This document shows, one piece after another, positions 1 through 10,914 of a DNA stretch of 64,000 nt. Source of the stretch: Candidatus Latescibacterota bacterium (GTDB lineage: Bacteria; Latescibacterota; UBA2968; GCA-2709665); NCBI GenBank assembly GCA_965219995.1, contig CBDCOX010000002.1:3136001-3200000 (forward strand), read 5' to 3'. The position numbers and the translations under genes are program-made. Under the pieces are notes generated by a model. That model was not told the DNA's origin. It searched no databases and saw only the letters and a program-made list of their open reading frames with translations. Numbering within the stretch: the first letter of the stretch is position 1; the number at the start of each line of letters is the position of its first letter.

Positions 1-386
1 CCGGCCTCCTGGATGACCCTGTCTTCCACGTAGACCGGGGCGCCCGTGCGGAGGGCCAGAGCGAGGGCGTCGCTGGGCCGGGAGTCCACGCCGATGGTTT
101 TGCCATCGGCATCCAGGCTGACCTCGGCGAAGAAGACGTCTTCCTTGAGCGCGTTGATGAGCACGCGTGTGACCTTGACGCCCATGCCATCCAATATAGA
201 CCGGAGCAACTCGCAGGTGGGCGGCCGGGGGGGTTCTTCGTCGTACAGCGCCATGTAAATGGCCGTGGCTTCGAAATTCCCGATGGAGATGGGCAGGAAG
301 ATCTGCTGCTCCCTGTCTTTCAGCCACACGAGCGGCCGGTTGGTGTTGGGTTCCACCGCCACGCCGACCACGTTCATTTCGACCAT
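1..386 (-). CDS. Bifunctional nuclease (DUF151/BFN) family protein, 3' end outside window
   Basis: Manual translation MVEMNVVGVAVEPNTNRPLVWLKD...LPISIGNFEATAI...PPRPPTCELL...VDSRPSDALALALRTGAPVYV carries the DUF151 motifs LPIxIG, RP and DxRPSDA. Confidence 0.9.
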   Translation of the reverse strand, partial: MVEMNVVGVAVEPNTNRPLVWLKDREQQIFLPISIGNFEATAIYMALYDEEPPRPPTCELLRSILDGMGVKVTRVLINALKEDVFFAEVSLDADGKTIGVDSRPSDALALALRTGAPVYVEDRVIQEA

Positions 387-515
387 TGGTTGCGCATCCT
401 TCCCGGCGCGCACAGGGGAGGAGGATTTGCGCCGCTGGGGGAGGGCATTTTTCGCAAATACACTTACTAAACAATAATATATGGCGAAGGCTCCGGAAAA
501 ATCAAGGGAAAAAGA

Positions 516-1160
516 GCGGTCAGCTATCAGCTATCAGCGGTCAGCAATCAGCCTAAAGCAAAATCAAATACAAGAATCAAATTCAGCTCACACGGAGACA
601 CAAAGACACAAAGGGAAACAAACCAGCCATCAGCAGTCAGCGTTCAGCCGTCAGCTTGAAGCAAGAGCGAAAAACGAAAACAAGAGTCAAATTCATCTCA
701 CACGGAGACACGGAGACACGGAGACACAAAGAAAAACAAACCAGCCATCAGTCAAAGGCGAACATCAAATTCAAAATCCCCTTTTCCCCAAATTCCCTGC
801 CTCCGGCGGGTTCCTTTTGAAGCGACCAAAAGGAACCAAAAGTCGCCACTGGGCGTGGGGCCTGCTATATGCACAGCGCGAACTCCCTCACAGGATGCTC
901 TCAATCCTCTGGCCTGACACCCTCTGTGGAACATCGAACCCCGTTGCTGGACGGATCTGCGCGCTCTGCTCCGGGTGCCCTCCGGTCAGGAAACGCCTAC
1001 GTAGACCGATTGGCGTCTGAATGATGAGGAAAGCCCTCTGCGATTAGCCGACAGCAGTCCGCCGATAGCCAAGATCAAAAACGAAAATCTGCTCACACAA
1101 TGACACGAAGACACAAAGAAAACCAAACCGGAAACCAGCGGTCAGCTTGAATCAAAAACC
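516..1160. repeat. Mixed short-period repeat region: GC(T/G/A)(A/G)TCA heptamers and CACGGAGAC/CACAAAGAC nonamers
   Basis: gcggtcagctatcagctatcagcggtcagcaatcagc (516-552), a similar run at 624-658, cacggagacacggagacacggagacacaaag (~700-731). The same heptamer recurs at 5637-5664 and 38569-38600. Confidence 0.85.
851..1034. repeat. ~180-bp interspersed element, copy 1
   Basis: Colinear with 5874-6057 (GGGCGTGGGGCCTGC...CGTTGCTGGACGGATC...GTAGACCGATTGG...ATGATGAGGA). Confidence 0.9.
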
Positions 1161-1458
1161 CAATGCGCTGACGCCAGCGCAATTTTATGGACGAGCGCGA
1201 AGGGCGCAGACCTATCCCCACGGCCTGCCGAGAAACCACCGGCATGCAGGGACCCTTTCCTAAAGGAAAGGGAGACGAGCGTCACGCGATAGATTCCCGC
1301 TACCCCCTTCCTTCAGGAAGGGGGTAAGGGGTAGGTCGGCGGGGGAGTGGGTGTATGTCCGCCGGCAGGCCACCTTTCAGGATTCGATGGATAAACCGCA
1401 TGAGGATCAACCCGTTTTCATTCTTAATTCTTCATTCTTCATTCTTTCCTCTCACGTC

Positions 1459-4400
1459 TCACCGCCTTTCCGCTGCCGTGCGGCCGTACGAGGCGGCGAA
1501 GGCGACGTAGTCGGCGAAGTTCACGGCGCCGTCGTCGTTCACGTCGGCCTGGGGGTTGTAGGCGGTGTCGCCCTTGCGGGTCCCGAAGGCGGCGGCGAAG
1601 GCGATGAGGTCTTCGAAGTTGACCTGGAGATCGCCGCCCTGCGACGGGAGGACGATGAGGTAGACCGGTTCGCCGCCGGCGTCCGCGAACGTCACGCGGA
1701 CGGAGACGTTCTCGACAGCGAACGGGTCGCCCGCGGTCACGTTGTTGTCGTCAACCGCGTCGATCCGGTAGACCAGCGAGGCGACGCCGCCGGGCAGGGC
1801 GTCGTCGACGAACCGCGTGGCGCCCGGCGGCAGCACGGCGATTTCCTCGAGGCTGTCGGAAGACGCGCCGCGCATCACCCGGTAGCCCTTCACGCCATAG
1901 ATGGGCAGGTTGTAGCCGCGATAGGGGATGAATCCCACCACGCCGTCATCCGCGGACGCCGTCCACCGCAGCGCGCCCGCGCCGTCGCCGGACGCGCCGG
2001 TCACCGCGGCGGGCGGAATGTTGTCGATCGCGCCGGCCGGTCCGTCGGTTTCCGTCCGGGCGGACACCCGCAGTTCGCCCGCCGCGCGATCGGTGCGGAG
2101 GTTCGCGGGAGCGGAGGCGGCGGCCACCGGCGCGCTCGCGCGGAGGTCCACCGGCGCGAACACCAGGTCCCGCCGGTCGCCGATGACGGATGCGGCGAAA
2201 TCTTCCGGCGCGTTGAACCGTTCCGCCAACTCCACTTCCGTCATGGGCGGCGAGGGTATGCCCAACGTCGCGAGGGTCAGCGCCGCGCCCTCCTTCGCGT
2301 AAACGCGCTTTCCGGCCGCTGTCCCGGCAGCGCCGGCGACGGACCTGACGCCCCACCGGGTGGCCGCGTTGTCCAGCGCGGGGACCACGGCGCGCAGCAT
2401 GCCGCCGTCCGCGACGCCGACGGTCGCCCAGTGTATCCACGAGTTCACGGGCGCTTCGCGGTGTATCTCCCGGCCGTGCCCGTCGTACCCTGCCAGCGTC
2501 GTTTCAACTTCGCGCTCGATCCGGTAGTGGATCACGGCGTCGCGCCGGACGGAGTGCGGGAAGCCGATCAGCACCATGCCGCCCTGGTCGCCGGTCCCGT
2601 CCGCGCCTTTGTAGTCCTCGACCGTGATGGAGGCGGGCGGGTCCGGGGGGCCGTTCTCGGGCGTGAAACGCACGGTCACGCTGCCCGTGAGCGCGCCGGT
2701 CACGGCATTCCCGCCCGATCCCGTCACCAGCGCCCCGTCCACCGTGCGCACGGTGATCATTGCGCTGCCGTCCAACTCCGCGGCCACGGCGCCGAAGTCC
2801 GCGCCGCCGGGCGGGACCGTCTGCACGCCCGCGGGTACCGTCACCGCGGCGTGGCTGCTTCCGAATCGGACAGCCACAGATGGGTAGTTCTCCGATGTCA
2901 CGGTATTTTCGATTTTCATGCTCGCGTTGCCGAATGCGTCGGCGGGCAGCACGCGGACCGTAAAGGCGCCGGACACGCTGCTGCCCGGTTCCGCGCCGGC
3001 CCCTGCGGACACCACGAATTGCGAGAACTCCGCGGTCTCCACGTTCACCGCCGCGTCGAGCCGGCCGCTGATGCGAATCGAATGGCTTCCGTCGACGGGG
3101 TCGATCAGGCCCTCCGCGGCCATCACGGCGGCGTTTACCAGCGGCCTGGCGGACCGGAAGCTGACGTCGCGCCGGCCCGCGCGCCATCCGTCGCCGTCCA
3201 GAATGGCCGCGCGGGCGACCATCCCGGCGGCGGCCATTTCCGCGGGCAGCGTGAAGGACGGCGCGGGCCTCACAACGATGCCGCCGAAGCTCACGCCTTC
3301 CAGCGCGCCGGCCTGGTCGCCGGAGACGATCACGGCCAGCGCCGCCTGCGCGTGATAGGTCAACGCGAGGACGCCGGCGCCCTCGGCACGTGAGAGCGTG
3401 GTATCGAGGACGGACAGGCGCATGGTGAAATCCGCGCCGGCAACCACCCTTCCGCCCTGGTCCGGCACGTTGACGATTCTGAACGCGTCGGCCTTCGGAT
3501 TCTGGAAACCCCTCGTGAACGTGAGCGCCCCGCCATCGGTCACGCTGGCGTTGCCGGCGAGGTCCACGGCCAGAATCTGCAGATCGTACCGGCTTCCATC
3601 CCAGAAGCCCGCGTTTTCCACAGGCCAGATCATCGGCTTTCCAATGGTCTCCAGCCGGCGGTTCCCCCGGCGGAAACGCTGCACGACGGCCGGGGCGCCG
3701 GCGGCGAGGTTGATATAGCGGACGGACAGCGATTCCAGCGCCTCGTCGATGGTGAAGACCGGGTCCTTGCTGGCCAGATTGACGGTGGGCTCGTCGTTGT
3801 TGTCCGGATCCCTGGGCGCGGTCGCGGCGGTGGGGAACAGATGGGAGATCACCGGCGCCTTTTCGTCGTACCAGATGCCCTCGAGGTCCAGGGCCGCCCG
3901 GTTCCCGACGCTGTCCCAGACCTCGATCGTCAGATCATTCCGGACCCCGCCCGCTCTGTCGTATTTCCAGGGAAGCGCGAGTGTGGCGGTGGAATCGTCG
4001 CCCGTGGGCGGCAGGCCTTCACCGTCGTCAACCCGGCCGGCGTCATTGACCCCACTGCCGAACCCGTGTGTGCTGTCGCCATGGGTGATCCGGATGGAGT
4101 CCGGGACTTCGCTGAGTCTGAACGTGAGCGGGTTCAACCCGCGGTTGGCCCGGACGCCCTCCGCCTCTCCGGGCAGAGGTCGAACTCCCGACAGCGTCTG
4201 CGTGACGGCCGCCGAGATCCGGTTTTCCATGCGGTCCGGACGCGGGTACACAACTGTGATCCGGGGCGGGGTCGCGTCGGCGATCCATTCCACGCCGGCG
4301 GGGTCGAAACGATCCGGAAGGCCGTACCCGGCGCTGACGGGCGACGGCGCTGGCGCGCCCATCGAGGCGGCGCCCGGGTTGCCGGCGGCATCCACGAGAA

Positions 4401-5307
4401 ACGCTTCGACCCGTACGCGCCGGTTATCGCCGAAATCGCCCGCCTCGACCTTCGCCGACGTCCGCACGCCGGCTCTGTACAGCTGTTCCCGGGCAAACGC
4501 GAAAGAGACCGGCGCCGAGGAAAACGCGGAATCCGCATCCACGACACCCGCCAGGATGCGTTCCGCGCCCGCATCCAGCACGCCGGCCGTGTTCAAACCC
4601 AGGCGGATGGTGATTCTGTCGCCGCGTCTGAACCGGACGCGCTCGATCAACCCCGCCGGCGTGGTGTCGAATCCGAGCCCGTCCGTCTCAACGGAGAAGG
4701 ATTCGAACACGTCGGCATGCACGGGACGGTTGGCATCGATGCCGAACCTCACCCCGTCGCCCACCCTGTTCGCGCCGAAGCCCGTGGACGCCGGGGTGAT
4801 CTTCGACTTCGTCATCAGGTTGTTCAACTCGTTGCCAGCCACGTCCGCGTCCGGGTCGACCACCACTTTCACCGCACGGCTGTTCTTCGACGCAAAGCGG
4901 GTCGCGCGCGGGGTTACGGTTATGGAGACCCGGAAGGTATCCACGCCGGACGCCTCGCCGTCGCCAAACGCGACACCGTCCGGAGGATGACCCGGACCGG
5001 GTACATATATATTGTAATAGACAAACCCGCGGGGAGCGGCGGACCCGCCGGCAGTAACGCCGACGTCCCTGTCGCGTACCGTTGCATCGACAACGGACAC
5101 GCGGAAGCCGCCGTCGAGGAGGCCGTCGTACGTCAGAATGCGGATTTCGATCCCGCCGTCGATCCCGGCCCACGCGTTGGCGGCGGGCCTGTCCACGCGA
5201 ATCAGAATGCCCGGCGGGTCCGCGACCTCCAGGGCATACGCCGCGCCGGAAACGCCCAGAACCAGCAAAAACGCCAGACCCGTGCCTGAAGACGTCCAAT
5301 ACCGCAT
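1459..5307 (-). CDS. Large secreted protein with probable Ig-like repeats and a C-terminal dockerin/EF-hand-like duplicated motif
   Basis: 1282-aa ORF, GGAGG RBS, N-terminal signal peptide (..GAAYA), C-terminus VNFEDLIAFAAAFG...ADVNDDGAVNFADYVAFAASYG. Confidence 0.8.
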   Translation of the reverse strand: MRYWTSSGTGLAFLLVLGVSGAAYALEVADPPGILIRVDRPAANAWAGIDGGIEIRILTYDGLLDGGFRVSVVDATVRDRDVGVTAGGSAAPRGFVYYNIYVPGPGHPPDGVAFGDGEASGVDTFRVSITVTPRATRFASKNSRAVKVVVDPDADVAGNELNNLMTKSKITPASTGFGANRVGDGVRFGIDANRPVHADVFESFSVETDGLGFDTTPAGLIERVRFRRGDRITIRLGLNTAGVLDAGAERILAGVVDADSAFSSAPVSFAFAREQLYRAGVRTSAKVEAGDFGDNRRVRVEAFLVDAAGNPGAASMGAPAPSPVSAGYGLPDRFDPAGVEWIADATPPRITVVYPRPDRMENRISAAVTQTLSGVRPLPGEAEGVRANRGLNPLTFRLSEVPDSIRITHGDSTHGFGSGVNDAGRVDDGEGLPPTGDDSTATLALPWKYDRAGGVRNDLTIEVWDSVGNRAALDLEGIWYDEKAPVISHLFPTAATAPRDPDNNDEPTVNLASKDPVFTIDEALESLSVRYINLAAGAPAVVQRFRRGNRRLETIGKPMIWPVENAGFWDGSRYDLQILAVDLAGNASVTDGGALTFTRGFQNPKADAFRIVNVPDQGGRVVAGADFTMRLSVLDTTLSRAEGAGVLALTYHAQAALAVIVSGDQAGALEGVSFGGIVVRPAPSFTLPAEMAAAGMVARAAILDGDGWRAGRRDVSFRSARPLVNAAVMAAEGLIDPVDGSHSIRISGRLDAAVNVETAEFSQFVVSAGAGAEPGSSVSGAFTVRVLPADAFGNASMKIENTVTSENYPSVAVRFGSSHAAVTVPAGVQTVPPGGADFGAVAAELDGSAMITVRTVDGALVTGSGGNAVTGALTGSVTVRFTPENGPPDPPASITVEDYKGADGTGDQGGMVLIGFPHSVRRDAVIHYRIEREVETTLAGYDGHGREIHREAPVNSWIHWATVGVADGGMLRAVVPALDNAATRWGVRSVAGAAGTAAGKRVYAKEGAALTLATLGIPSPPMTEVELAERFNAPEDFAASVIGDRRDLVFAPVDLRASAPVAAASAPANLRTDRAAGELRVSARTETDGPAGAIDNIPPAAVTGASGDGAGALRWTASADDGVVGFIPYRGYNLPIYGVKGYRVMRGASSDSLEEIAVLPPGATRFVDDALPGGVASLVYRIDAVDDNNVTAGDPFAVENVSVRVTFADAGGEPVYLIVLPSQGGDLQVNFEDLIAFAAAFGTRKGDTAYNPQADVNDDGAVNFADYVAFAASYGRTAAERR

Positions 5308-5716
5308 CGCCGGCCTCCCTTTGAGTCACCACGCGCCGATTCAACCCGGCGGGCAGGGCGGCAAAAAGCATGCCAGCGAGGCGACGAACGAGGCATGCGG
5401 CAGCGCGGACGGGCTCGAAATCGGGGATTCGGGGGACCGGCCGGCGGACCGGGTTGGCGCCGGGGATGCGGAAACGGTTGAGGAGACGGCTCAGGAAGGC
5501 GTTCGGGCGCGGAGGACGGAGAGAAACGTTGCGAGGGGTACGGACGACCGTTCAGCCGATCGAGGGAATCGAGGCGTGGGGCATCGAGCGGGGAACGGCG
5601 CGGAGGGATTGAAAAAAACGTTCACATGGGTGAAAGATATCAGCTATCAGCGGTCGGCGTTCAGCAAGAATCAAGGTCGAAAATCAAATTCAAAATCCCC
5701 TTTTCCCCAAATTCCC

Positions 5717-5860
5717 TAAAGGCGGGGAGACGGGAGAAGTGAGACGGGAGATGATATCAGTGCCTTGTGGTATTTCTTGTTGTTACGATAACGGTAGAGA
5801 AACAGGCACGGTTAGCGCGAAAACACTGTGGTGACGTTATCATCTACCGTCTACCCTCTT
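5717..5860 (+). repeat. Heptamer-arm element (L-B-R)
   Basis: TAAAGGCGGGGAGACGGGAGAAGTGAGACGGGAGATGA, spacer B, then TCATCTACCGTCTACCCTCT. Confidence 0.9.
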
Positions 5861-5873
5861 GCCGCATTTGCCA

Positions 5874-6057
5874 GGGCGTGGGGCCTGCCAAATGCATAGC
5901 GCGAACACACTCACAGGATGCACACGATCCTCTGGCCTTACACCCGCGGAGGAAGATCAAACCACGTTGCTGGACGGATCAGCGCGCTCTGCTCTGGTAG
6001 CTCTCCGGTCAGGAAATACGTTTGTAGACCGATTGGTGTCTGGATGATGAGGACAGC
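5874..6057. repeat. ~180-bp interspersed element, copy 2
   Basis: Direct repeat of 851-1034. Confidence 0.9.
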
Positions 6058-6366
6058 GGTTAGCCATCGGCTGACAGTTGACAGCTTGGAGCGAAGAGCG
6101 AACCACTCCCAGCCCCGCAGACCTCTCCCCCCGGCCCATCAAAAGCGGTGAGAGGGTAGACGTGAGACGGGAGAAGATAATCTGCGTCGATGGGACGACG
6201 ATAAGGCCAGGCGACATGACCTCGCGGATGCGCAGACCTATCCCCCTGCCTGCCGAAAAATCACCGGCAGGCAGGACCCTTTCCTAAAGGAAAGGGTATG
6301 GAGGTTCGCGTAATGGGATCCCGGGTTCCCCCTTCCTTCAGGAAGGGGGTCAGGGGGTAGGTCTCG

Positions 6367-6630
6367 TAAAGGCGGGGAGACGGGAGACGTAAGAGGGGAG
6401 AGATTGTTCGCCCCGTGCGGTTTCACTTCTTGCCGGCGGCATAAGGGAAAAACCAATCGGGCAAGTACGTCATCTACCGTCTACCGTCTTACGTCTCACC
6501 GATTTTATTGCCCCGTGCGGGTTCACTTTTTGCCGGAGGCATAATGGAAGACCCATTCGGGCTAGGACGTCATCTACCGTCTACCGTCTCACGTCTCACC
6601 GCTTTCCTCTACCGTCTCACCGCTTTTTGG
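6367..6630 (+). repeat. Heptamer-arm element array (L-C-R-C-R)
   Basis: GAGACG(G/T) arm, two C modules (GCCCCGTGCGG...CGGGC), CCGTCTA/CGTCTCA arms; a solo L arm at ~6141-6180. Confidence 0.9.
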
Positions 6631-7074
6631 TTATTCCTTGACCACCCACACCTTGACGGTTGCGCTGACTTCGGCGTGGAGGCGGATGGAGACGTCGTAG
6701 ACCCCGAGCGCGCGGATGGGTTCGTCGAGTTCGATCCAGCGGCGGTCGATTTCGAAGCCCTGCTCGGCGAGGTGTTCGGAAATGTGCTGCCCCGTGACGG
6801 ACCCGAAGATCTGGTCTTCCTTGCCCACGGCGACCGGAATCGTGCAGGATGCCTTTTCGACCTTTTTCGAGAAGGCCACGGCCTCGCGCTGGGCGCGGGT
6901 GTCCCGGGCTTCCTTCTGGCGCTTCAGTTCCTCGTAGACCTTCATGTTCCCTTTGCTGGCCACCAGGGCGAGGTTCCGGGGGATGAGGTAATTCCTGGCG
7001 TACCCGTCCTTGACGTCAACAACTGTTCCAGCCTGGCCCAAGTTGTCGAGACCTTCGGTTAAGATTACCTTCAT
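6631..7074 (-). CDS. rplI: 50S ribosomal protein L9
   Basis: MKVILTEGLDNLGQAGTVVDVKDGYARNYLIP...IFGSVT...PIRALG; start trimmed to the ATG at 7074. Confidence 0.97.
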   Translation of the reverse strand: MKVILTEGLDNLGQAGTVVDVKDGYARNYLIPRNLALVASKGNMKVYEELKRQKEARDTRAQREAVAFSKKVEKASCTIPVAVGKEDQIFGSVTGQHISEHLAEQGFEIDRRWIELDEPIRALGVYDVSIRLHAEVSATVKVWVVKE

Positions 7075-7110
7075 GGGGGTTCCCTTTCGTTGGGCGCGAT
7101 GGCCGAATGG

Positions 7111-7661
7111 TAAAAGGCGGGGAGACGTAAGACGGGAGACGTGAGATGATGTCACCGCGACGGCCGGATTTCGATACGGACCGGCGGAATCTATCCGCGA
7201 TACGGGCGGGACCGCTCCACCCGGCCCACTACCCCGGGTGAGACGTAAGACGGGAGATGATGACCCTTCGCCCATCGGGTATCGATACGGACTCGCGATA
7301 TCTACCTCTGATGTCGAAGGCCCTACCCCCAGCCCCCAACCCCGGGGAGACGTTAGACGGGAGACGGGAGATGATATGAGTGCCCTAAAGGCGGGGAGAC
7401 GTTAGACGTGAGAAGGGAGAGATTGTCTGCCCGTTGCGGTTTCATTTCTAGCCGGAGGCATTAAGCGAGAATCAATCGGGCAAGGATTTCCTCTACCGTC
7501 TACCCTCTCACGTCTCACCGCTTTTTTCTACCGTCTTGCGTCTTACGTCTAACGGGTTTTATTGCCCCGTGTGGTTTCACATCTTGCCAGGGGCATTAAG
7601 GTAGAATCAATTTGGCAAGGATGTCATCTACCGTCTAACGTCTACCCTCTCCCCGCTTTTA
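7111..7661 (+). repeat. Heptamer-arm element array (L-D-L-D-L-L-C-R-R-C-R)
   Basis: Fills the rpsR-rplI gap; the right terminus CCCCGCTTTTA contains the rpsR stop codon. Confidence 0.9.
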
Positions 7662-7883
7662 TGACATACTATCCGTTGCAAAAGGCAACAGCGCGATCTG
7701 GCGGGCGCGCTTGAGGTGCCGGGTGACGTTGCGCTGGTGCCTGGCGCAGGTCCCGGAAACGCGCCGGGGGATGATCTTTCCCCTGTCCGTGACGAACCGC
7801 TGCATCAGCCGCACGTCCTTATAGTCGATGGTCAACGCCTTGTCTTCGCAGAACCTGCATACCTTTATGCTGGACCGGTTCAT
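7659..7883 (-). CDS. rpsR: 30S ribosomal protein S18 (Zn-binding C+ type)
   Basis: KVCRFC...IDYKDV...[18 protein letters not shown]...[11 protein letters not shown]. Confidence 0.98.
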   Translation of the reverse strand: MNRSSIKVCRFCEDKALTIDYKDVRLMQRFVTDRGKIIPRRVSGTCARHQRNVTRHLKRARQIALLPFATDSMS

Positions 7884-8281
7884 TCGCCCTCCTCCTTGTC
7901 GTCGCCTTCCTCGGCGTTCTCTTCCTCGTCTTCTCCGCCTGCATCCGCTTCCGCCTCGTCCTCATCGTCCGCTTCCGGTTCTTCCTCCACCGGACTTTCG
8001 TCCACGACGACCAGGTGCCGCAGCACGGACTCGTCCAGCTTGAACATCCGGTCCACCTCGGGCAGGACCTCCGGCGGCGCCTCGAAGCGGATGAACGTGT
8101 AGTCTCCGCGCTGCTGCTTGCCAATGTCGTAGGCCAGCTTGCGCGCGCCCCAGCGGTCGACCTCCACCGAGCGGCCGCCGCCTTCGGAAACGAGGCGATC
8201 GAAACGCGCGACGAGGTCGTCCACCGCGTTATCGGGCGCCTGGGTGTTGACGATGAGTGCGAGTTCGTAACGATTCGGCAT
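7880..8281 (-). CDS. rpsF: 30S ribosomal protein S6 with long acidic tail
   Basis: RYELALIV...[12 protein letters not shown]...VLRHLVV; GGAGG RBS before the ATG at 8281. Confidence 0.96.
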   Translation of the reverse strand: MPNRYELALIVNTQAPDNAVDDLVARFDRLVSEGGGRSVEVDRWGARKLAYDIGKQQRGDYTFIRFEAPPEVLPEVDRMFKLDESVLRHLVVVDESPVEEEPEADDEDEAEADAGGEDEEENAEEGDDKEEGE

Positions 8282-8285
8282 GGAA

Positions 8286-8342
8286 CCTCCCCGTGGACTG
8301 TTGGCCCGCGAGCCGCCCGACCGGGCGTTCACGAGCGGGGCG
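8286..8342 (-). promoter_or_regulatory. Putative S6:S18 ribosomal-protein leader RNA
   Basis: Minus strand CCCCG...CGGGG stem overlapping the SD, inner stem CUCGUGA/UCGCGGG and an internal-loop CCA, immediately 5' of rpsF, matching the described S6:S18 leader architecture. Confidence 0.55.
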
Positions 8343-8363
8343 ATAAGGAAAACTGCAATCGGT

Positions 8364-8845
8364 TAAAGGCGGTGAGACGTAAGACGTAAGACGGGAGATG
8401 ATGACCCTTCGACGATCGGATTTCGATACGGACTGACGATGTCTTCCTGCGATGCCGAAGAACCTCTCCCCGCGGCCCCCTACCCCCGGGTGAGACGGGA
8501 GACGTGAGACGGGAGATGATATCAGTGCCCTATAGTTTTTCTTGTCGTTACGATTACGGCAAATAAACAGGCACGGTTTATACGGAAACACTGCTGTAAA
8601 TGTCTTCATCTACCGTCTACCGTCTCGCGTCTAACGGGTTTTCTTGCCACGTGCGGCTTCATTTTGTGCCGAAGGCACAATGGAAGACCCAATCGGGCAA
8701 AGACGTCATCTACCGTCTACCGTCTTGCGTCTAACGGGTCTTCTTGCCGCGTGCGGCTTCATTTTGTGCCGAAGGCACAATTGAAGAACCAATCGGGCAA
8801 GGATGTCTTCTACCGTCTACCGTCTACCGTCTTGCGTCTAACGGC
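8364..8845 (+). repeat. Heptamer-arm element array (L-D-L-B-R-C-R-C-R)
   Basis: Same arms and modules; C-R unit tandemly duplicated (~8640-8845). Confidence 0.9.
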
Positions 8846-8889
8846 TTCGCGAAGGGTGTATAGAAAAGGCGAAAATTGCTTTCGCGAAT

Positions 8890-10902
8890 TCAATCAACCA
8901 ACAATGGAGCCAGAACCAGCGAAACGACCGACATGAGCTTGATCAGTATGTTCAGCGAGGGGCCGGAGGTGTCCTTCAGCGGATCGCCCACGGTGTCGCC
9001 AACGACCGCGGCCTTGTGCGCATCGGACCCCTTCCCGCCGAAGTGCCCCTCTTCGATATGCTTCTTGCCGTTGTCCAGCACGCCGCCGCTGTTGGCCATC
9101 ATCAGCGCCATGAGCATGCCGCTCAACAGGGCGCCGGCGAGCATGCCGCCGAGCGCTTCCTTTCCGAGGATGAACCCGACCAGCACGGGCGTGAGCACGG
9201 CAACCACCCCGGGCGGCACCATTTCCCGCAGCGCCGCAACCGTGCTGATATCCACGCAGCGGCGGGTATCGGGCTTGCCGGTGCCCTCCATCAGGCCTGG
9301 AATCTCCCGGAACTGCCGCCGGACCTCTTCCACCATCCTGAAGGCCGCCCGGCCCACCGAAGTCATCGTCTGCGCGGCCACGAGGAAGGGGATGGATCCG
9401 CCGATGAACAGGCCGATCACCACCATCGGCGAGGTCAGGTTGATCATCTCCAGCTTCACGGTGGACGCGTAGGCCGAGAACAGGGCCAGGGCCGTGAGCG
9501 CGGCCGAACCGATGGCGAAGCCCTTGCCGATGGCCGCCGTGGTGTTGCCCAGCGCGTCCAGACCGTCCGTAATCTTCCTCGTCTCCGGTCCGAGTTCCGC
9601 CATTTCCGAAATGCCGCCCGCGTTGTCGGCGATGGGACCGTACGCGTCTACCGCCATGGTGACGCCCACGGTTGCCAGCATCCCCACGGCCGCGATGCCG
9701 ATGCCGTAGAGCCCGGCGAAGTGATAGGCGAACCCGATGGCGGCGCAGATGCACAGCACGGGAAGGAAGGTGCTCTGCATGCCGATCGCCAGGCCGGAGA
9801 TGATATTGGTGGCGGGCCCGGTTTCAGAGGACCTGGCCACCCTGCTCACCGGCGCGCCGCCGGTGTAGTATTCGGTAAGCAGGCCGATCAGAATGCCGGT
9901 GAGACCGCCCAGCAGGATCGCCCAGAACACGCCTTCGGAGAGCCCCAGGCCCTCAACCGCGAAGTAGCTCCCGGCGAACATGATCCCGGCGGCCACGAAG
10001 GAAGCGTACCGGAGGGCGGCCGCGGGGCTGAAACGCTGCAGGACGGGCATGGCGAGCACGCCGATGAGCGACGCCACGAGGCCGATGGTGGCCACGACGA
10101 GCGGCAACTGCATGGCCGCCATCTTCACGTCGGCGTCGGCGTACACGGAGCTGCCGGCCAGCGTGGCGATCAGCGCGGACCCTGCCGTGGCCGCGATGGC
10201 GATGGTGGCTACGATGGAGCCCACGTAGGACTCGAAGATATCGGCGCCCATCCCGGCCACGTCGCCCACGTTGTCGCCCACGAAATCGGCGAGCGCCGCG
10301 GGGTTGCGCGGGTCATCCTCGGGAATGCCGGCTTCGACCTTGCCGACCAGATCGGCGCCCACGTCGGCGGTCTTGGTGTAGATGCCGCCGCCCACGCGCG
10401 CGAACAGCGCGATGGAACTGGCGCCCATGGCGAACCCGTTGATGATCACCGCCTGGTCGGCGTTTCCGTACAGGAGAAAGAGCACGCCCACACCCAGCAG
10501 GCCCAGGCTGGCCACCGAGAGGCCCATGACCGTACCGCCGGAAAAAGCGACGCTCAGCGCCGTCGCCTCGCCCTCCTGGTTGGCGGCGTACGCGGTGCGC
10601 ACGTTGGCCTTGGTGGCCGCTTTCATCCCGAAAAAACCGGCGCCGATCGAACAGACCGCGCCGGCCAGAAAGGCGAAGGCCGTACTGAACGGCCGGATGC
10701 CGATCGAAAGCAGGATGAATACCGCAACGATGAATATCGCCAGCACCAGGTATTCGCGTTTCAAAAACGCCATCGCGCCTTCGTGGATGGCATCCGAAAT
10801 CTCCCGCATCCGGTCCGTTCCGGCCGGTTTACGGGTGATCCGGAAATATACCAGCCCGGCGACGAGCAACCCGGCGATTCCGAATATTGGCGTCCAGAAC
10901 AT
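8890..10902 (-). CDS. hppA: Membrane-bound K+-dependent, probably Na+-translocating pyrophosphatase
   Basis: [42 protein letters not shown]; GNTTAA (Ala = K+-dependent); DIFESY Glu at the Na+-PPase gate position. Confidence 0.95.
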   Translation of the reverse strand: MFWTPIFGIAGLLVAGLVYFRITRKPAGTDRMREISDAIHEGAMAFLKREYLVLAIFIVAVFILLSIGIRPFSTAFAFLAGAVCSIGAGFFGMKAATKANVRTAYAANQEGEATALSVAFSGGTVMGLSVASLGLLGVGVLFLLYGNADQAVIINGFAMGASSIALFARVGGGIYTKTADVGADLVGKVEAGIPEDDPRNPAALADFVGDNVGDVAGMGADIFESYVGSIVATIAIAATAGSALIATLAGSSVYADADVKMAAMQLPLVVATIGLVASLIGVLAMPVLQRFSPAAALRYASFVAAGIMFAGSYFAVEGLGLSEGVFWAILLGGLTGILIGLLTEYYTGGAPVSRVARSSETGPATNIISGLAIGMQSTFLPVLCICAAIGFAYHFAGLYGIGIAAVGMLATVGVTMAVDAYGPIADNAGGISEMAELGPETRKITDGLDALGNTTAAIGKGFAIGSAALTALALFSAYASTVKLEMINLTSPMVVIGLFIGGSIPFLVAAQTMTSVGRAAFRMVEEVRRQFREIPGLMEGTGKPDTRRCVDISTVAALREMVPPGVVAVLTPVLVGFILGKEALGGMLAGALLSGMLMALMMANSGGVLDNGKKHIEEGHFGGKGSDAHKAAVVGDTVGDPLKDTSGPSLNILIKLMSVVSLVLAPLLVD

Positions 10903-10914
10903 AGAGAAACCCCC

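Noticed and set aside
481-1020. 179-aa ORF and other short ORFs in repeat regions (e.g. 8229-8609, 14942-15364, 21010-21513, 54475-55069)
   Set aside because: Translations of heptamer/REP repeats (SYQRSAIS, YRLPSYVSP, PFDKLR motifs); frames are not conserved between copies
1351-3393. Long antisense or alternative-frame ORFs (also 9016-10926, 15164-18082, 30677-32683, 34869-37058, 43692-46343)
   Set aside because: Shadow ORFs of well-supported genes in high-GC DNA, with no recognisable domains
5340-5625. Purine-skewed leader upstream of the 1282-aa gene as a riboswitch or small gene
   Set aside because: No recognisable aptamer consensus, RBS-linked ORF or clear terminator
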